64,000 nucleotides of DNA from an uncultured Verrucomicrobiota bacterium (GTDB taxonomy: Bacteria > Verrucomicrobiota > Verrucomicrobiia > Limisphaerales > UBA9464). The stretch is from contig CAIYFP010000462.1 of the NCBI GenBank assembly GCA_903925515.1, positions 1,358 to 65,357 of the forward strand, written 5' to 3'. The notes beneath the pieces were generated by a model, which saw only the letters and a program-made list of their open reading frames with translations, made no database searches and was not told the origin of the DNA. The position numbers and the translations under genes were made by a program. Shown piece by piece: positions 19,746 to 29,380 of this stretch (the first letter of the stretch is position 1; every line of letters begins with the position of its first letter).

Positions 19746-19961
19746 TCAGCCGCCCGCGACGATCCGGACGATCTCGATCCGGTCGTTGGCTTGCAGCGTC
19801 CGCGCCCCAAACTCCGAGGGCACCACCGCCTCGCCGTTGTGCTCCACCACCACCGACTTCGGTGGCAGGCCGCGTGAAACCAGGAAGGCCTCGAGCGTGC
19901 AGGGGAGGGCAACCTCCTCGCGTCGGCCGTTGGCGATGATGCTGTCGCTCGTGGTCTCCAT
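19746..19961 (-). CDS. thiS: ThiS/MoaD-like ubiquitin-fold sulfur carrier protein
   Basis: 71 aa, METTSDSIIANGRREEVA...NDRIEIVRIVAGG, with a C-terminal Gly-Gly directly before the stop. It is the 3' part of a longer artefactual ORF (19746..20519). Confidence 0.75.
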   Translation of the reverse strand: METTSDSIIANGRREEVALPCTLEAFLVSRGLPPKSVVVEHNGEAVVPSEFGARTLQANDRIEIVRIVAGG

Positions 19962-19987
19962 GCTGGCGGCGGGATGGATTTTCGGCC

Positions 19988-20611
19988 TCAGCCGATGGCG
20001 AGCTGGACAACGCGTTCGCGGACCTGCCCAAGCCAACGCGACACGTAACTCAGGGTCCGGTAGATTTGCTCCAGCCGCTCCATGGGCAACGAGGCGAGGC
20101 GTCCCGGATCGCCCTGCGGCGGCGCATCGGCCCATGCCTTGCCAAGGTCCCGAAGCTCGGCGGTCAAGGCGGACTCCATCGCACGCACCCGCGTCGCGAT
20201 GTCCTCGAGCTTCTCGCTCCATTCGAGGCCCTCCTGCATGGACTTCAGGCGGAGCATGGGCGACGTGCTCGTGCCGCGTTGCTGGAGGAACGCGTCGCAT
20301 TCCCGGCACGCATGGCCCACCTCGACGAAGAGGTCCATCGTGCCGGGCGGGATGCGTTGGATGTCCCTTGGCTTGGAGCCGCATTCCAGCTCGATGAGAT
20401 GAAGCAATCGCTCGCGCGGCTCGGCGAGGAGTTGGTGGGCGGCGTTGAGGCTGGAATACCTCTGGAGTGCCTCCGCCATCGCGGCCTCGGACGCGCCGTG
20501 GTGTCGGTCTGGATGCCACGGTGCCGAAAGCTCAAGAAACCGGCGCTTGATGTCCTCAGGTTCCAGCCACGGCCTTCGCTCGAGCCCCAGCAACGCGAAC
20601 GCGTCGGTCAT
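19988..20611 (-). CDS. J-domain co-chaperone, HscB/Hsc20-like
   Basis: The ATG at 20611 (MTDAFALLGLERRPWLEPEDIKRRFLELSAPWHPDRH...) carries the HPD J-domain motif, followed by a helical C-terminal domain. This start leaves 8 nt after the erpA stop. Confidence 0.65.
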   Translation of the reverse strand: MTDAFALLGLERRPWLEPEDIKRRFLELSAPWHPDRHHGASEAAMAEALQRYSSLNAAHQLLAEPRERLLHLIELECGSKPRDIQRIPPGTMDLFVEVGHACRECDAFLQQRGTSTSPMLRLKSMQEGLEWSEKLEDIATRVRAMESALTAELRDLGKAWADAPPQGDPGRLASLPMERLEQIYRTLSYVSRWLGQVRERVVQLAIG

Positions 20612-20619
20612 GGCGACGG

Positions 20620-21009
20620 TTAGGCGCTGAAGCTCTCGCCGCACGAGCAGCTCGTTGCGGCGTTCGGGTTCTTCACCTTGAACCCGCCCTCGGTCAGGGC
20701 ATCGACGTAGTCGAGCTCGGACCCGGTGACGTAGAGGGCGCTCTTGGGGTCCACAACCACGCGCACGCCGGCGCTGTCCACCACGATGTCGCGGTTCTGG
20801 GGCGCGTCTTGAAGGTCCATCTTGTACTGGAGGCCCGAGCAGCCGCCGCCCACGACCGCCACGCGCAGCACGCCCTTGGGGCGCCCCTGGCGTTGCAGCA
20901 ACCCGCCCACCTTGCTGCCCGCCGCCTCCGTGAGCCGGATCAGGCGCTCGTCGCCCATCCGGAACGTTGGCTGTGTCGTTGTGCTCCCCCCGATCTTCCC
21001 CGCGATCAT
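20620..21009 (-). CDS. erpA: A-type iron-sulfur cluster carrier (IscA/ErpA family)
   Basis: C-terminal part of the artefactual 843-aa ORF: ...IRLTEAAGSKV..LRVAVVGGGCSGLQYKMDL...VDYVDALTEGGFKVKNPNAATSCSCGESFSA, with the three conserved Cys (C-x..-CxC). Start is ATG 21009, or ATG 20958 (MGDERL). Confidence 0.85.
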   Translation of the reverse strand: MIAGKIGGSTTTQPTFRMGDERLIRLTEAAGSKVGGLLQRQGRPKGVLRVAVVGGGCSGLQYKMDLQDAPQNRDIVVDSAGVRVVVDPKSALYVTGSELDYVDALTEGGFKVKNPNAATSCSCGESFSA

Positions 21010-21358
21010 TCGCGCCACCCTATAAACAAAGCCGGAAACGTCAACGAACCGTCGTCTTGCCCCCGCCACCGCAATCGCTGGCGATGCTCCCAGGAATGGG
21101 TGATCCATGACGTCATGAGGCGGCATCCGGCCCGGTTGCCTTCCCCATGGAACATCCGGTGGTGGGCTCGCGGGCGGCCTCCGTGGACGCATGGACGGGC
21201 GGCGATACGACGAATCTCGTGACTTGCCGGGAGCCAGGCGCCGAAGCCGGCCCGGAGCAGCCCGCGGCCATGGAGCGTCGTCGGTGGCGACGGATCCCCG
21301 TCTGGGTGCGCAAGGCGGTCGCTCGCCTCGTCGTCGGCAGCTCGAGCTCTGGCGGGGC

Positions 21359-22039
21359 TCAGCGGCGCATTTGGTAGGCCTCGGTTGAATGGAGCGTCCG
21401 GGCGCGTTCAAGGGCATGGTGACGCCATGCGTCGTCGTCGGTGGCGTCCCATGCGACCGTCCAATCCGCGGTCGCGGCGGCACGGAGGGCGTCCGCGAAG
21501 GCGTCGCGGGAGAGGTGGCATGGCAGGGGTTGCAGGCTGCCTTGGATGAGGAGGCCATCGCGGTTCCTGCGTTGGGCCGCACCGGCGATCTTCCGGCCGT
21601 TGCTGAGGACGTCGAACTTCTCCCAGCCCTCGAAGCATCGGCCCGGGCCAGAGGGCTCGCAGCAGTCCGCGACGACGGCCGGGACACCATGGGCGCGGAG
21701 GGCGGCGGCGAGCCATTGGTGCATGCGCTTGTAGCTCTCGGGCGCGCGGAGGCCATGCCATGGGTGGCCCGGGGGGATCGCCATGGCGTAGGTCCAGTCC
21801 TCAAGGTGCGGGACAAGGCCGCCGCCGGTCGGTCGCCGCAGCAGGGGCCGGAGGCGCGTCCAGCCCTCGACCGCGGAACGTAGCTGGAAGTAGCCGAAGG
21901 TGGCGGCCGGCGTCGTCCAGCCATACCACCGGAACACGGGCCGGCCGATGCGCGCGATGCATGCAAGGAGGGCGTCGTCGGTGGCCATGTTGAGCACGGG
22001 CTCGACCGGCCCGTCGTCGATGAATGCCCAACCCTCCAT
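21359..22039 (-). CDS. lipoate-protein ligase / octanoyltransferase family protein (BPL_LplA_LipB domain)
   Basis: RRPTGGGLVPHLEDWTY and GRKIAGAAQRRNRDGLLIQGSLQ match the LplA-family catalytic-domain pattern (RR.TGGG..H...; K..G.AQ.R....L.HG). Confidence 0.75.
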   Translation of the reverse strand: MEGWAFIDDGPVEPVLNMATDDALLACIARIGRPVFRWYGWTTPAATFGYFQLRSAVEGWTRLRPLLRRPTGGGLVPHLEDWTYAMAIPPGHPWHGLRAPESYKRMHQWLAAALRAHGVPAVVADCCEPSGPGRCFEGWEKFDVLSNGRKIAGAAQRRNRDGLLIQGSLQPLPCHLSRDAFADALRAAATADWTVAWDATDDDAWRHHALERARTLHSTEAYQMRR

Positions 22040-22045
22040 CGCGAG

Positions 22046-23173
22046 TTAGCCCTCCCTGCGACGGATGGCGGCGACGGCGCGGAGCAGGGCGCCGGCCTCG
22101 GCGTCGGACCCGACGGTGATGCGGAGGAAGGGAGCAAGTTGCTGGGAGGAGAACCAGCGCACGAGGATCTTGCGCGCGCGGAGCCGGGCGAGCCATTCCG
22201 AGGCCGGCGGGCCGGGGGGGCGCGCGAGCAGGAAGTTGGTGTCGCTGGGCAGGACGTCCCAGCCCATGCCGGACAACTCGCGCCGGATGCGTTCCCGGGT
22301 TTGGATGACGCGGGCGAAGTTGCGGCGGTAGTACGGGAGGTTGTCGAGGGTGGCCATGGCGGCGACCTGCCCAAGGCCGTTGACGTTGTAGCTGTCGCGG
22401 ACCTTGTCGAGCGCGGCGACGACGTCGGGGTGGGCGACGCAGTAGCCGACGCGTTGGAAGCAGAGGGAATAGGACTTGGAAAAGGTACGGGTGACGATGA
22501 CGTGGGGGTGGCGGAGGGCGAGGGGAAGGGCGTGGTCTCGCGCGAAGTCCACGTAGGCCTCGTCGAGGACGACCGGGCCGCGCTGGGCAACGCAGAGAGC
22601 CTCGAGCTCGGGGGTGGAGTAGCCGCGTCCGCTGGGGGCATTTGGGGTCGTGATGAGGGAAAGGGCGGCGTTAAAGCGCCATGAACGGCCCCTGCGGAGC
22701 TTCTCGACGGCGGGGAGAGCGAAGTCGGGTTCGAGGGGCACGGCATGGGCGCGTGCGCCGTGGGTCTCGGCAAGGACGGGGTAGAGGGAATAGCAGGGCC
22801 ACAGGTACTGGACCGTGGCGCGCGCGGCATGGCGGGCGGGAACGGCGGCCCCGGGCTCGACGAACACGCGGATAAGGCAGGCGAGGACCTCGTCGGAGCC
22901 GTTGCCGACGAAGATGTTCGCTGGGGCGCAGCCATGGAGGCGCGCGAGCTTCTCGCGCAGGGGCGCCGAGGCGGGGTTGGGATAGAGGCGGAGGCGGGCG
23001 TCGGTCGCCTTGCGGACGGCGCGGAGGACGGCGGGGGCGGGAGGGTAGGGGTTCTCGTTGGTGTTGAGCTTGATGAGCCCGCGGATCTTGGGTTGCTCGC
23101 CGGGCACGTAGGCATGGAGGTCGCGCACCATGGGGCGGACGAGACGGGCAACCGGCGAGGGCTTGGAGGACAT
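22046..23173 (-). CDS. hisC: histidinol-phosphate aminotransferase
   Basis: LNTNENPYPP motif and the PLP-lysine region RTFSKSYSL. 375 aa, adjacent to hisD. Confidence 0.9.
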   Translation of the reverse strand: MSSKPSPVARLVRPMVRDLHAYVPGEQPKIRGLIKLNTNENPYPPAPAVLRAVRKATDARLRLYPNPASAPLREKLARLHGCAPANIFVGNGSDEVLACLIRVFVEPGAAVPARHAARATVQYLWPCYSLYPVLAETHGARAHAVPLEPDFALPAVEKLRRGRSWRFNAALSLITTPNAPSGRGYSTPELEALCVAQRGPVVLDEAYVDFARDHALPLALRHPHVIVTRTFSKSYSLCFQRVGYCVAHPDVVAALDKVRDSYNVNGLGQVAAMATLDNLPYYRRNFARVIQTRERIRRELSGMGWDVLPSDTNFLLARPPGPPASEWLARLRARKILVRWFSSQQLAPFLRITVGSDAEAGALLRAVAAIRRREG

Positions 23174-23234
23174 GGCGACGGCGGGAGGGGTTGGGTCTGG
23201 CTGGGATGCGCGGCCGGGGCGAGGCGCCCGCGCG

Positions 23235-24539
23235 CTACTTGTTTTCTCGGATAGACGCGGAGCGTCCGTGGGCGTCGAGGCCCTCGACCTTGGCGAAGAC
23301 CTGGACGGAGGCCATGGCGTGCTTCAGGGCGCCCTTCCCGTACTCGACGATGCTGGTCCGGCGCTGGAACTGGTCGGTGGTGAGGCCCGCGAAGGAGCGC
23401 CCGGCTCCGCCGGTGGGGAGTTCATGGCTGGGGCCGGCCACGTAGTCGCCGAGGACGGTGGGGGAGTAGTCCCCGAGGAAGATGGCGCCGGCCATGGTGA
23501 TCTTCTTGGCGACGTCGCGGGCATGGGCGGTCATGACCTCGCAATGCTCGGGGGCGATGCGGTTCACGAGCGCGACGGCGTGGTCCATCTCCTCGACGTG
23601 GATGAGCCATCCGTTGGCCTTGAGGGCCTTCTCGATGAGGGACTTGCGGGCCAGCTTGCCAAGCTGGCGGGTCACCTCCTTCTCGACGGCCTTGAGGAGC
23701 TTGCCGGAGGTGGTGACGAGCCACACCCGTTCATGGCCGGAGCCGTGCTCGGCCTGCGCGAGGAGGTCGGCGGCGACGAACTTGGGGTTGGCGGAGTCGT
23801 CGGCGAGGACGAGGACCTCGCTTGGGCCGGGGAGCAGGTCCACGGCGACATGGCCGAAGAGGAGCCGCTTGGCGGCGACGACATAGGCATTGCCGGGGCC
23901 GAACACCTTCTGGACCGGGGAGATGGACTTGGTGCCGAGGGCCATGGCGGCGACGGCCTGGGCACCGCCGACCTTGTACACCTCGGTGGCCCCGGCCGTG
24001 CGTGCGGCGAAGAGGATGGCGGGGTGGACGGTGCCGTCCTTGCGGCAGGGGCTGCACACGACGATCTCCGGGCAGCCGGCGACCTTGGCGAGGGTCACGG
24101 TCATGAGGACGGACGACACAAGGGGCGCGGTCCCGCCGGGGATGTAGATGCCGACGCGGTGGAAGGGGTCGAACTTCTCGCCCACGGCGGCGCCGTGCTG
24201 GTTGCGGGCCTGCCAATCCTGCCGGAGCGACTTGCGTGCGAAGGCCTCGATGCTGGAGTGGGCGTCGGCCACCGCCGTGCGAAGAGCTTCCTGCACCTCA
24301 AGGGACGCGGCCATGAAGTCGGCCGTGGTGACGGCCATCTGCGAGGCGGACAGCTTCGCGCCGTCGAACTTCTCGGTCAGGTCCAGCAGGGCGGCGTCGC
24401 CCTTGGCCCGCACCTGTTCGATGATGGTGCGAGCCTTCTCCTCGATCTCCGGGTCGAACAAGCTGGAGGTGCGCACCGCCCGGTCCAATTGCGCTGCAAA
24501 GTTGGCGTCTGTGTGACGCGTGACGTTCATCGACGCCAC
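23235..24539 (-). CDS. hisD: histidinol dehydrogenase
   Basis: 434 aa with [24 protein letters not shown] and PEHCEV motifs. Confidence 0.95.
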   Translation of the reverse strand: MASMNVTRHTDANFAAQLDRAVRTSSLFDPEIEEKARTIIEQVRAKGDAALLDLTEKFDGAKLSASQMAVTTADFMAASLEVQEALRTAVADAHSSIEAFARKSLRQDWQARNQHGAAVGEKFDPFHRVGIYIPGGTAPLVSSVLMTVTLAKVAGCPEIVVCSPCRKDGTVHPAILFAARTAGATEVYKVGGAQAVAAMALGTKSISPVQKVFGPGNAYVVAAKRLLFGHVAVDLLPGPSEVLVLADDSANPKFVAADLLAQAEHGSGHERVWLVTTSGKLLKAVEKEVTRQLGKLARKSLIEKALKANGWLIHVEEMDHAVALVNRIAPEHCEVMTAHARDVAKKITMAGAIFLGDYSPTVLGDYVAGPSHELPTGGAGRSFAGLTTDQFQRRTSIVEYGKGALKHAMASVQVFAKVEGLDAHGRSASIRENK

Positions 24540-24831
24540 CCTATTGCAGGTTGCGGCGGCAAGTCAAAAGCCCGTGCCGCGCAAACCTCACGAGCGAAGC
24601 TGCTTCCGAATGCGGGGGGGCGTGGGGGCGGTGCTGGGGCCTCGCGCGGGGCGTCGCTTCATGAAGGATGGGATCCCCGCCCGGGACGTCGTGTCCTGGG
24701 TCACGCAAGGACGCGAGGAAGTCCTGCCTTGCGGGACATGCGGAGGCTTCGAGTTCGGGGCAAATCCGGGCTTGAAGCCGTGGAGTGGGGGGCGTTGGGT
24801 AGGGGCCGCAGCCCCGGGTTTCGGGTGCGTG

Positions 24832-25692
24832 ATGGATGCCATGAAGATGTTGACGTCAACCAATGCGGGCGCGCGGCCCTCGGGCCGCGGCGGCTTCACC
24901 TTGATCGAGTTGCTGGTCGTGATCGCGATCATCGCGATCCTTGCGGGCATGCTGTTGCCGGCCCTGGGCAAGGCCAAGACGAAGGCCCAAGGCATCCTTT
25001 GCATGGGCAACCACCGCCAGCTCATGCTGGCGTGGAACATGTACGCGGGCGACAACGGCGAGAAGCTGCCGTTCGCCTACTCGCAGGACGACAACCCGAA
25101 CAACTCCGACGGCGCGTGGGTGCAGGGCATCCTCGACCTGAACAACCCCGCCAACCCGGACAACTGGGACCCGAAGCACCTCCGGCAAAGCCCGCTGGCC
25201 AAGTACACGGGCGGGGCGCTCGGCATCTGGAAGTGCCCGGCAGACCGCTCGGTGGGCGTCAACGCGGCCCGGGCCAAGGTCCCGCGCGTGCGCAGCATGT
25301 CGATGAGCATCTGGACGGGTGGCAACCGGGGCACGGACGGCGGCTGGGGTTCGCGCTGGCGAGTCTTCAACAAGATGGGCGACGTGACGGATCCCGGCCC
25401 GGCGGGCACGTACGTGCTGCTGGACGAACGCGAGGACAGCATCAACGACGGGTTCTTCGTGGTGTGGATGGACGGCTATCCCACGCCCTCGACGACCAAA
25501 ATGGTGGATTTCCCGGCCAGCTATCACAACCGGGCGGGCGGCTTCTCGTTCGTCGATGGCCATGCGGAGGTCCGGAAGTGGGTGGACGCGCGGACCACCC
25601 CGCCGATCAACAAGGCGCTCCAGCTCAACGTGCCGCAACCGAACAACCGGGACGTCGTCTGGATGCAGGACCGCGCCACGCGGCTCAAGTAG
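24832..25692 (+). CDS. prepilin-type N-terminal cleavage/methylation domain protein (DUF1559 / H-X9-DG family)
   Basis: ATG at 24832 (alternatives 24841, 24847). [34 protein letters not shown]-terminal [13 protein letters not shown] (H-X9-DG-like). Confidence 0.85.
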   Translation: MDAMKMLTSTNAGARPSGRGGFTLIELLVVIAIIAILAGMLLPALGKAKTKAQGILCMGNHRQLMLAWNMYAGDNGEKLPFAYSQDDNPNNSDGAWVQGILDLNNPANPDNWDPKHLRQSPLAKYTGGALGIWKCPADRSVGVNAARAKVPRVRSMSMSIWTGGNRGTDGGWGSRWRVFNKMGDVTDPGPAGTYVLLDEREDSINDGFFVVWMDGYPTPSTTKMVDFPASYHNRAGGFSFVDGHAEVRKWVDARTTPPINKALQLNVPQPNNRDVVWMQDRATRLK

Positions 25693-25828
25693 GCAGCGGG
25701 AGGACTGGCGTGGCGGAGGCGCGGCTGCCAGCAGGCGCGCCGCATGGTTGCACCCGGGGCGTTTCGGGGGTTAGGTAGGCCTTGGTGGTTCACGGCCGTC
25801 CATGCGGACCCGGGCCACCGCGTGGTTC

Positions 25829-26356
25829 ATGGCTGTTTACACCTCAGCGAATCGTCACCGGCGGGCGCGCGTCAGCGCGGGCCTGTTGATGTATCGCGTC
25901 GTGGAGGACCGGCTCGAGGTCTTCATCGCCCATCCGGGCGGGCCGTGGTTCCCCAACCGGGACCTTGATGTCTGGACGATTCCCAAGGGCGAGCTTGAGG
26001 AGGGCGAGGATTTGCAGACGGCGGCCATCCGTGAGTTCGAGGAAGAGGTGGGGATCAAGCCCGAGGGGCCATACATCGAGCTGGGGTCCATCCGGCAGAA
26101 GGGCGGCAAGACCGTCCATGCATGGGCCTTCAAGGGCGACTGGGACGAGTCGAAGCCCATCCGAAGCAACCTCATCCACGTGGAGTGGCCGCCGGGCTCG
26201 GGGCGATGGGGCGAGTGGCCCGAGGTGGATCGAGCCGCGTTCTTTGCCACGGACGAGGCTCGCACAAGGCTCAAGTCCACGCAGCACCCTCTCCTTGACC
26301 GGTTGGTGGAGGCGCTGTCCGTCATGGACCTCGCGCCGCGCCAAGCCCCGGAGTGA
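25829..26356 (+). CDS. NUDIX hydrolase (COG4119-like)
   Basis: Nudix box GELEEGEDLQTAAIREFEEEVG. Family-typical N-terminus ..SAGLLMYR...FIAHPGGPWF. Start is uncertain (25802 or 25829). Confidence 0.8.
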   Translation: MAVYTSANRHRRARVSAGLLMYRVVEDRLEVFIAHPGGPWFPNRDLDVWTIPKGELEEGEDLQTAAIREFEEEVGIKPEGPYIELGSIRQKGGKTVHAWAFKGDWDESKPIRSNLIHVEWPPGSGRWGEWPEVDRAAFFATDEARTRLKSTQHPLLDRLVEALSVMDLAPRQAPE

Positions 26357-26373
26357 GGTGATGCCGCGCCACC

Positions 26374-26766
26374 TCAGTCGCGCGTCCAGAAGTCGATCAC
26401 AAACACGTCGGCGACCAGCGGCTTGACGAGCTTGCCGAAGTCTTGGTGGTCCGGGTGGACGAGGTAGGCGTCCCGGTCCTTCTCCGAGCCGAAGGTGAGG
26501 ATCCATCCGTGGGTGCAGCCCTTGTTGAGGCCCTCGGGGCTGTTGTTGATGCCCCATTCGAGACCTTGGATCTGGGGAATCTTGGCCTTCAGGCCCGCAA
26601 AGGCGTCCTCGACCCTCTTGATGTCGGCGGGACCTGCCGAGTCCTTGAACTTGAACGAGACGACATGACGGAGGCGGGACCGGCCCTTCTTGGGTGCCTG
26701 GGCAACGACGACCATGCACAACGAGATGGCGAGCACGCCCATGATTCCAGCGAGCAATGTTTTCAC
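26374..26766 (-). CDS. Dabb (stress-responsive alpha/beta barrel) domain protein with N-terminal signal/TM segment
   Basis: LRHVVSFKFKD....IKRVEDAFAGLKAKIPQIQGLEWGIN...HGWILTFGSEKDRDAYLVHPDHQDF. GTG start at 26766 (KTLLAGIMGVLAISLCMVVVAQA) or ATG at 26742. Confidence 0.7.
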   Translation of the reverse strand: MKTLLAGIMGVLAISLCMVVVAQAPKKGRSRLRHVVSFKFKDSAGPADIKRVEDAFAGLKAKIPQIQGLEWGINNSPEGLNKGCTHGWILTFGSEKDRDAYLVHPDHQDFGKLVKPLVADVFVIDFWTRD

Positions 26767-26865
26767 GGGGGAGAAGCGTGGGGGAATGACGAGGCCGCGC
26801 GCCAGCCTTGATGCGCCCGCACGTTCCATCGTGACCCCGCGCCGCATCGGCCGCATCCTTCCGAG

Positions 26866-28401
26866 ATGACAGTCGTCGAGCTTGCCGTCGTATCCATCGC
26901 CGGGCTGGGGGCCGGGTTCGTTGCGGGCTGGGTGGCCCGGGGCCAGCGGACGCCGCCCCCCGCCGCGCCGGACACGCGGCTTGAGGCTGAGCTGCGCGCG
27001 CAGGCCGCCGCCCACCATGCGGAGGCCCAGCGGCTCCAGTCCGCCCTTGCGGATGCCGCTGCCGGCAGGGCGGCGGCTGAGGCCGCGAGGGTTGCCTCCG
27101 ACGAGCGGTCCCGCTCGCTCGGGGAGGAGACGGCGTCGGCGCGCGCGGGGGAGAAGTCGGCGCGTGAGCATGCGTCGTCTCTTGAGACGGCGTTGGCGGC
27201 GGCGAGGGCGGAGATGGAGGCGGGGCGTGCACGGCTGGAGGACCAGGCACGGTTCCATGAGCGGCAGGCCCGGGAGGCCCATGAGCGGCATGAGGCCGCG
27301 GTGCGGGAGCTGCGGGAGGCGGGCGACCGCGCGTTGGCGGCGTTGCGGGACCAGTTCAAGGCGACGGCGGCCGAGGCGCTGGCGGCGAACAACCCGCGGT
27401 TCCTTGAGATGGCCAACGAGCTGCTGGCGCGGTTCAAGGCCAGCGCGGACGGCGACCTCTCCCAGCGGCACGAGCGCATCGCGGCGTTGGTGAGGCCGTT
27501 GGAGGAGCAGCTCAGGACGTACCAGCAGCGCCTCCAGCAGGCGGAGTCCCAGCAGCAGGCCGCCCTCGGCCAGGTGCACGAGCAGCTCAAGTCCCTCGCG
27601 AGCCAAAGCCAGGTTCTCTCCAGCGAGACCCAGCGCCTGCGCGTCGTGCTCGGCTCCAACCAAGCCCGCGGTCGCTGGGGCGAGGAAACGCTCCGGCGCG
27701 TCGTCGAGGCCGCCGGGCTCAGCGCGCATTGTGACTTCGACGTCCAGGTGCAGGAGGGCGACAAGAAGCCAGATCTTGTCGTGCGACTGCCCGGGGAGCG
27801 GGTGATCGTGGTGGACTCGAAGGTGCCGGACCTTGAGTTCCTTGATGCCCTCGGCGCGTCCGACGAGGCGCGCCGTGCGGAGGCGTTGAGGGAACATGCG
27901 GCGAAGCTGCGGGCGACGATCAAGGCGTTGGCGGAGCGCGACTACCCGCGCCAGTTCCCGTCCGCGCTCGACCATGTGGTGCTGTTCGTGCCGGCCGAGT
28001 CGTTGTTCAGCGCCGCGTTGGAGGGCGACCGCGACCTGATCGTGTGGGCGGCCGAGAAGCGCATCCTGCTGGCCACCCCGGCGTCATTGATCGCCTTGCT
28101 GCGATCCGTCGCCGTGAGCTGGCAACAGCACGAGCAATCCCGCAACGCCCAGGAGATTGCCGCCGCTGCGCAGGAGCTGTTCGCGCGGGTTGCGAAGCTC
28201 GCGGACCACCTCGGTCGCATTCGCAAGGGGCTCGAAACCGCGAACGACGCCTACAACGACGCGGTTGGGAGCTACGAGGGCCGGGTGCGGCCGCAGGGCG
28301 AGAAGCTGGCGCGGCTGGGCGGCGCCGCCCCGGGCAAGGAGTTGCTGGAGATCCCGCCCGTGGCCACGGCGCTGCGCCTGCCACCCTCGGGGGAGCCCTG
28401 A
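26866..28401 (+). CDS. rmuC: DNA recombination protein RmuC
   Basis: N-terminal TM segment, then a long Ala/Glu/Arg coiled coil, then the RmuC nuclease-like core (GSNQARGRWGEETLRRVVE..KPDLVVRLPGERVIVVDSKVP..VLFVPAESLF). Confidence 0.9.
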   Translation: MTVVELAVVSIAGLGAGFVAGWVARGQRTPPPAAPDTRLEAELRAQAAAHHAEAQRLQSALADAAAGRAAAEAARVASDERSRSLGEETASARAGEKSAREHASSLETALAAARAEMEAGRARLEDQARFHERQAREAHERHEAAVRELREAGDRALAALRDQFKATAAEALAANNPRFLEMANELLARFKASADGDLSQRHERIAALVRPLEEQLRTYQQRLQQAESQQQAALGQVHEQLKSLASQSQVLSSETQRLRVVLGSNQARGRWGEETLRRVVEAAGLSAHCDFDVQVQEGDKKPDLVVRLPGERVIVVDSKVPDLEFLDALGASDEARRAEALREHAAKLRATIKALAERDYPRQFPSALDHVVLFVPAESLFSAALEGDRDLIVWAAEKRILLATPASLIALLRSVAVSWQQHEQSRNAQEIAAAAQELFARVAKLADHLGRIRKGLETANDAYNDAVGSYEGRVRPQGEKLARLGGAAPGKELLEIPPVATALRLPPSGEP

Positions 28402-28451
28402 AACGGGCGCGCCTGCGGCGGGGAAAAGCTGGCCCGGCGCGGCGTCTTGAT

Positions 28452-28467
28452 TGGCATGGTTCGTGCG
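28452..28467 (+). promoter_or_regulatory. candidate sigma-54 (-24/-12) promoter
   Basis: TGGCATggttcGTGCg: GG (28453-54) and GC (28465-66) are separated by exactly 10 nt, compared with the consensus TGGCAC-N5-TTGCW. It lies ~90 nt upstream of the ATG at 28556. Confidence 0.35.
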
Positions 28468-28555
28468 CATTTTTGGAACTTGAAAGGCGTTGACATCGCG
28501 AGGGTGGATCCCCAACGATGGCGACGCGTTAAGCCCGCAGAATTCGTTAATACCT

Positions 28556-29326
28556 ATGAATTGTCTCCATACCCAGCGTCGGAGCGCGTTCACGTTGATC
28601 GAGTTGCTCGTCGTGATCGCCATCATCGCAATCCTTGCCGGCATGCTCTTGCCTGCGCTCGCCAAGGCCAAGGCCAAGGCGCAACGCATCAAGTGCGTGA
28701 ACAACGAGAAGAACATCGGACTCGGCTTCCGCATCTTCTCCACGGACAACAACGGTCAGTTCCCATGGACCGTTGACGTGTCCCAGGGCGGATCCCAGAC
28801 CAACGGGGCGCTCACATGGCAGCACTACGTGGCCGTCTCCAATGAGTTGTCCACGCCCAAGATCATCCTCTGCCCCTCCGACGGACAGCAGGCCGGCGAA
28901 ACCGCCGCCCGCCAGGAGGCCACGAACTTCCTCCATCTCGTGCGCGTCGGCGGCGTGAACGCCAACCGGTTCGTCTCCTACTTCGTGGGCCTCGACGCCT
29001 CCGAGGAGAATCCCCAGACGATCCTCGGTGGCGACCGCAACATCAGCCCCGACACCTCCATTGCGAGCCCGGTCCTCGTCAAGAACACCACCGCGGCCAC
29101 GGCCGGCCCCCTCAGCTTCCCCATCCCCGTCGCCATGGCCAACACCATGCCGGTCGCGGCCGGGACGCGTAACTTCGGCTTCACAATGCGTACGCATGAC
29201 GCCGCCGGCAACATCCTCCTCGGCGACGGCTCCGTGCAGCAGGTCACCTCCGCTCGCTTCCGCGAGGCCATCCGTGACGCCGCCGCCACCACGGCATCGC
29301 CGCTGAGCTGGTCCTTGCCGAACTAA
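28556..29326 (+). CDS. prepilin-type N-terminal cleavage/methylation domain protein (pseudopilin-like)
   Basis: [48 protein letters not shown]-terminal [17 protein letters not shown] (H-X9-DG-like). Confidence 0.85.
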   Translation: MNCLHTQRRSAFTLIELLVVIAIIAILAGMLLPALAKAKAKAQRIKCVNNEKNIGLGFRIFSTDNNGQFPWTVDVSQGGSQTNGALTWQHYVAVSNELSTPKIILCPSDGQQAGETAARQEATNFLHLVRVGGVNANRFVSYFVGLDASEENPQTILGGDRNISPDTSIASPVLVKNTTAATAGPLSFPIPVAMANTMPVAAGTRNFGFTMRTHDAAGNILLGDGSVQQVTSARFREAIRDAAATTASPLSWSLPN

Positions 29327-29355
29327 CCGGCACCGGACCGCAGTTTGGATCTCAA

Positions 29356-29380
29356 GGGCGTCCTTCGGGACGCCCTTTTT
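29356..29380 (+). terminator. rho-independent terminator
   Basis: GGGCGTCC (29356-63), loop TTCG, GGACGCCC (29368-75), then TTTTT (29376-80). It lies 30 nt after the stop. Confidence 0.8.

Noticed and set aside
20620-23151. 843-aa minus-strand ORF spanning erpA to hisC
   Set aside because: Only the last 129 codons (erpA) are protein-like. The upstream part is a Pro/Ser/Ala/Arg-rich off-frame read-through across the lplA-family and hisC genes.
28490-28495. TTGACA hexamer upstream of the pseudopilin gene as a sigma-70 -35 box
   Set aside because: No acceptable -10 hexamer lies 16-18 nt downstream (the sequence there is GC-rich: ...GGATCCCCAACG...).
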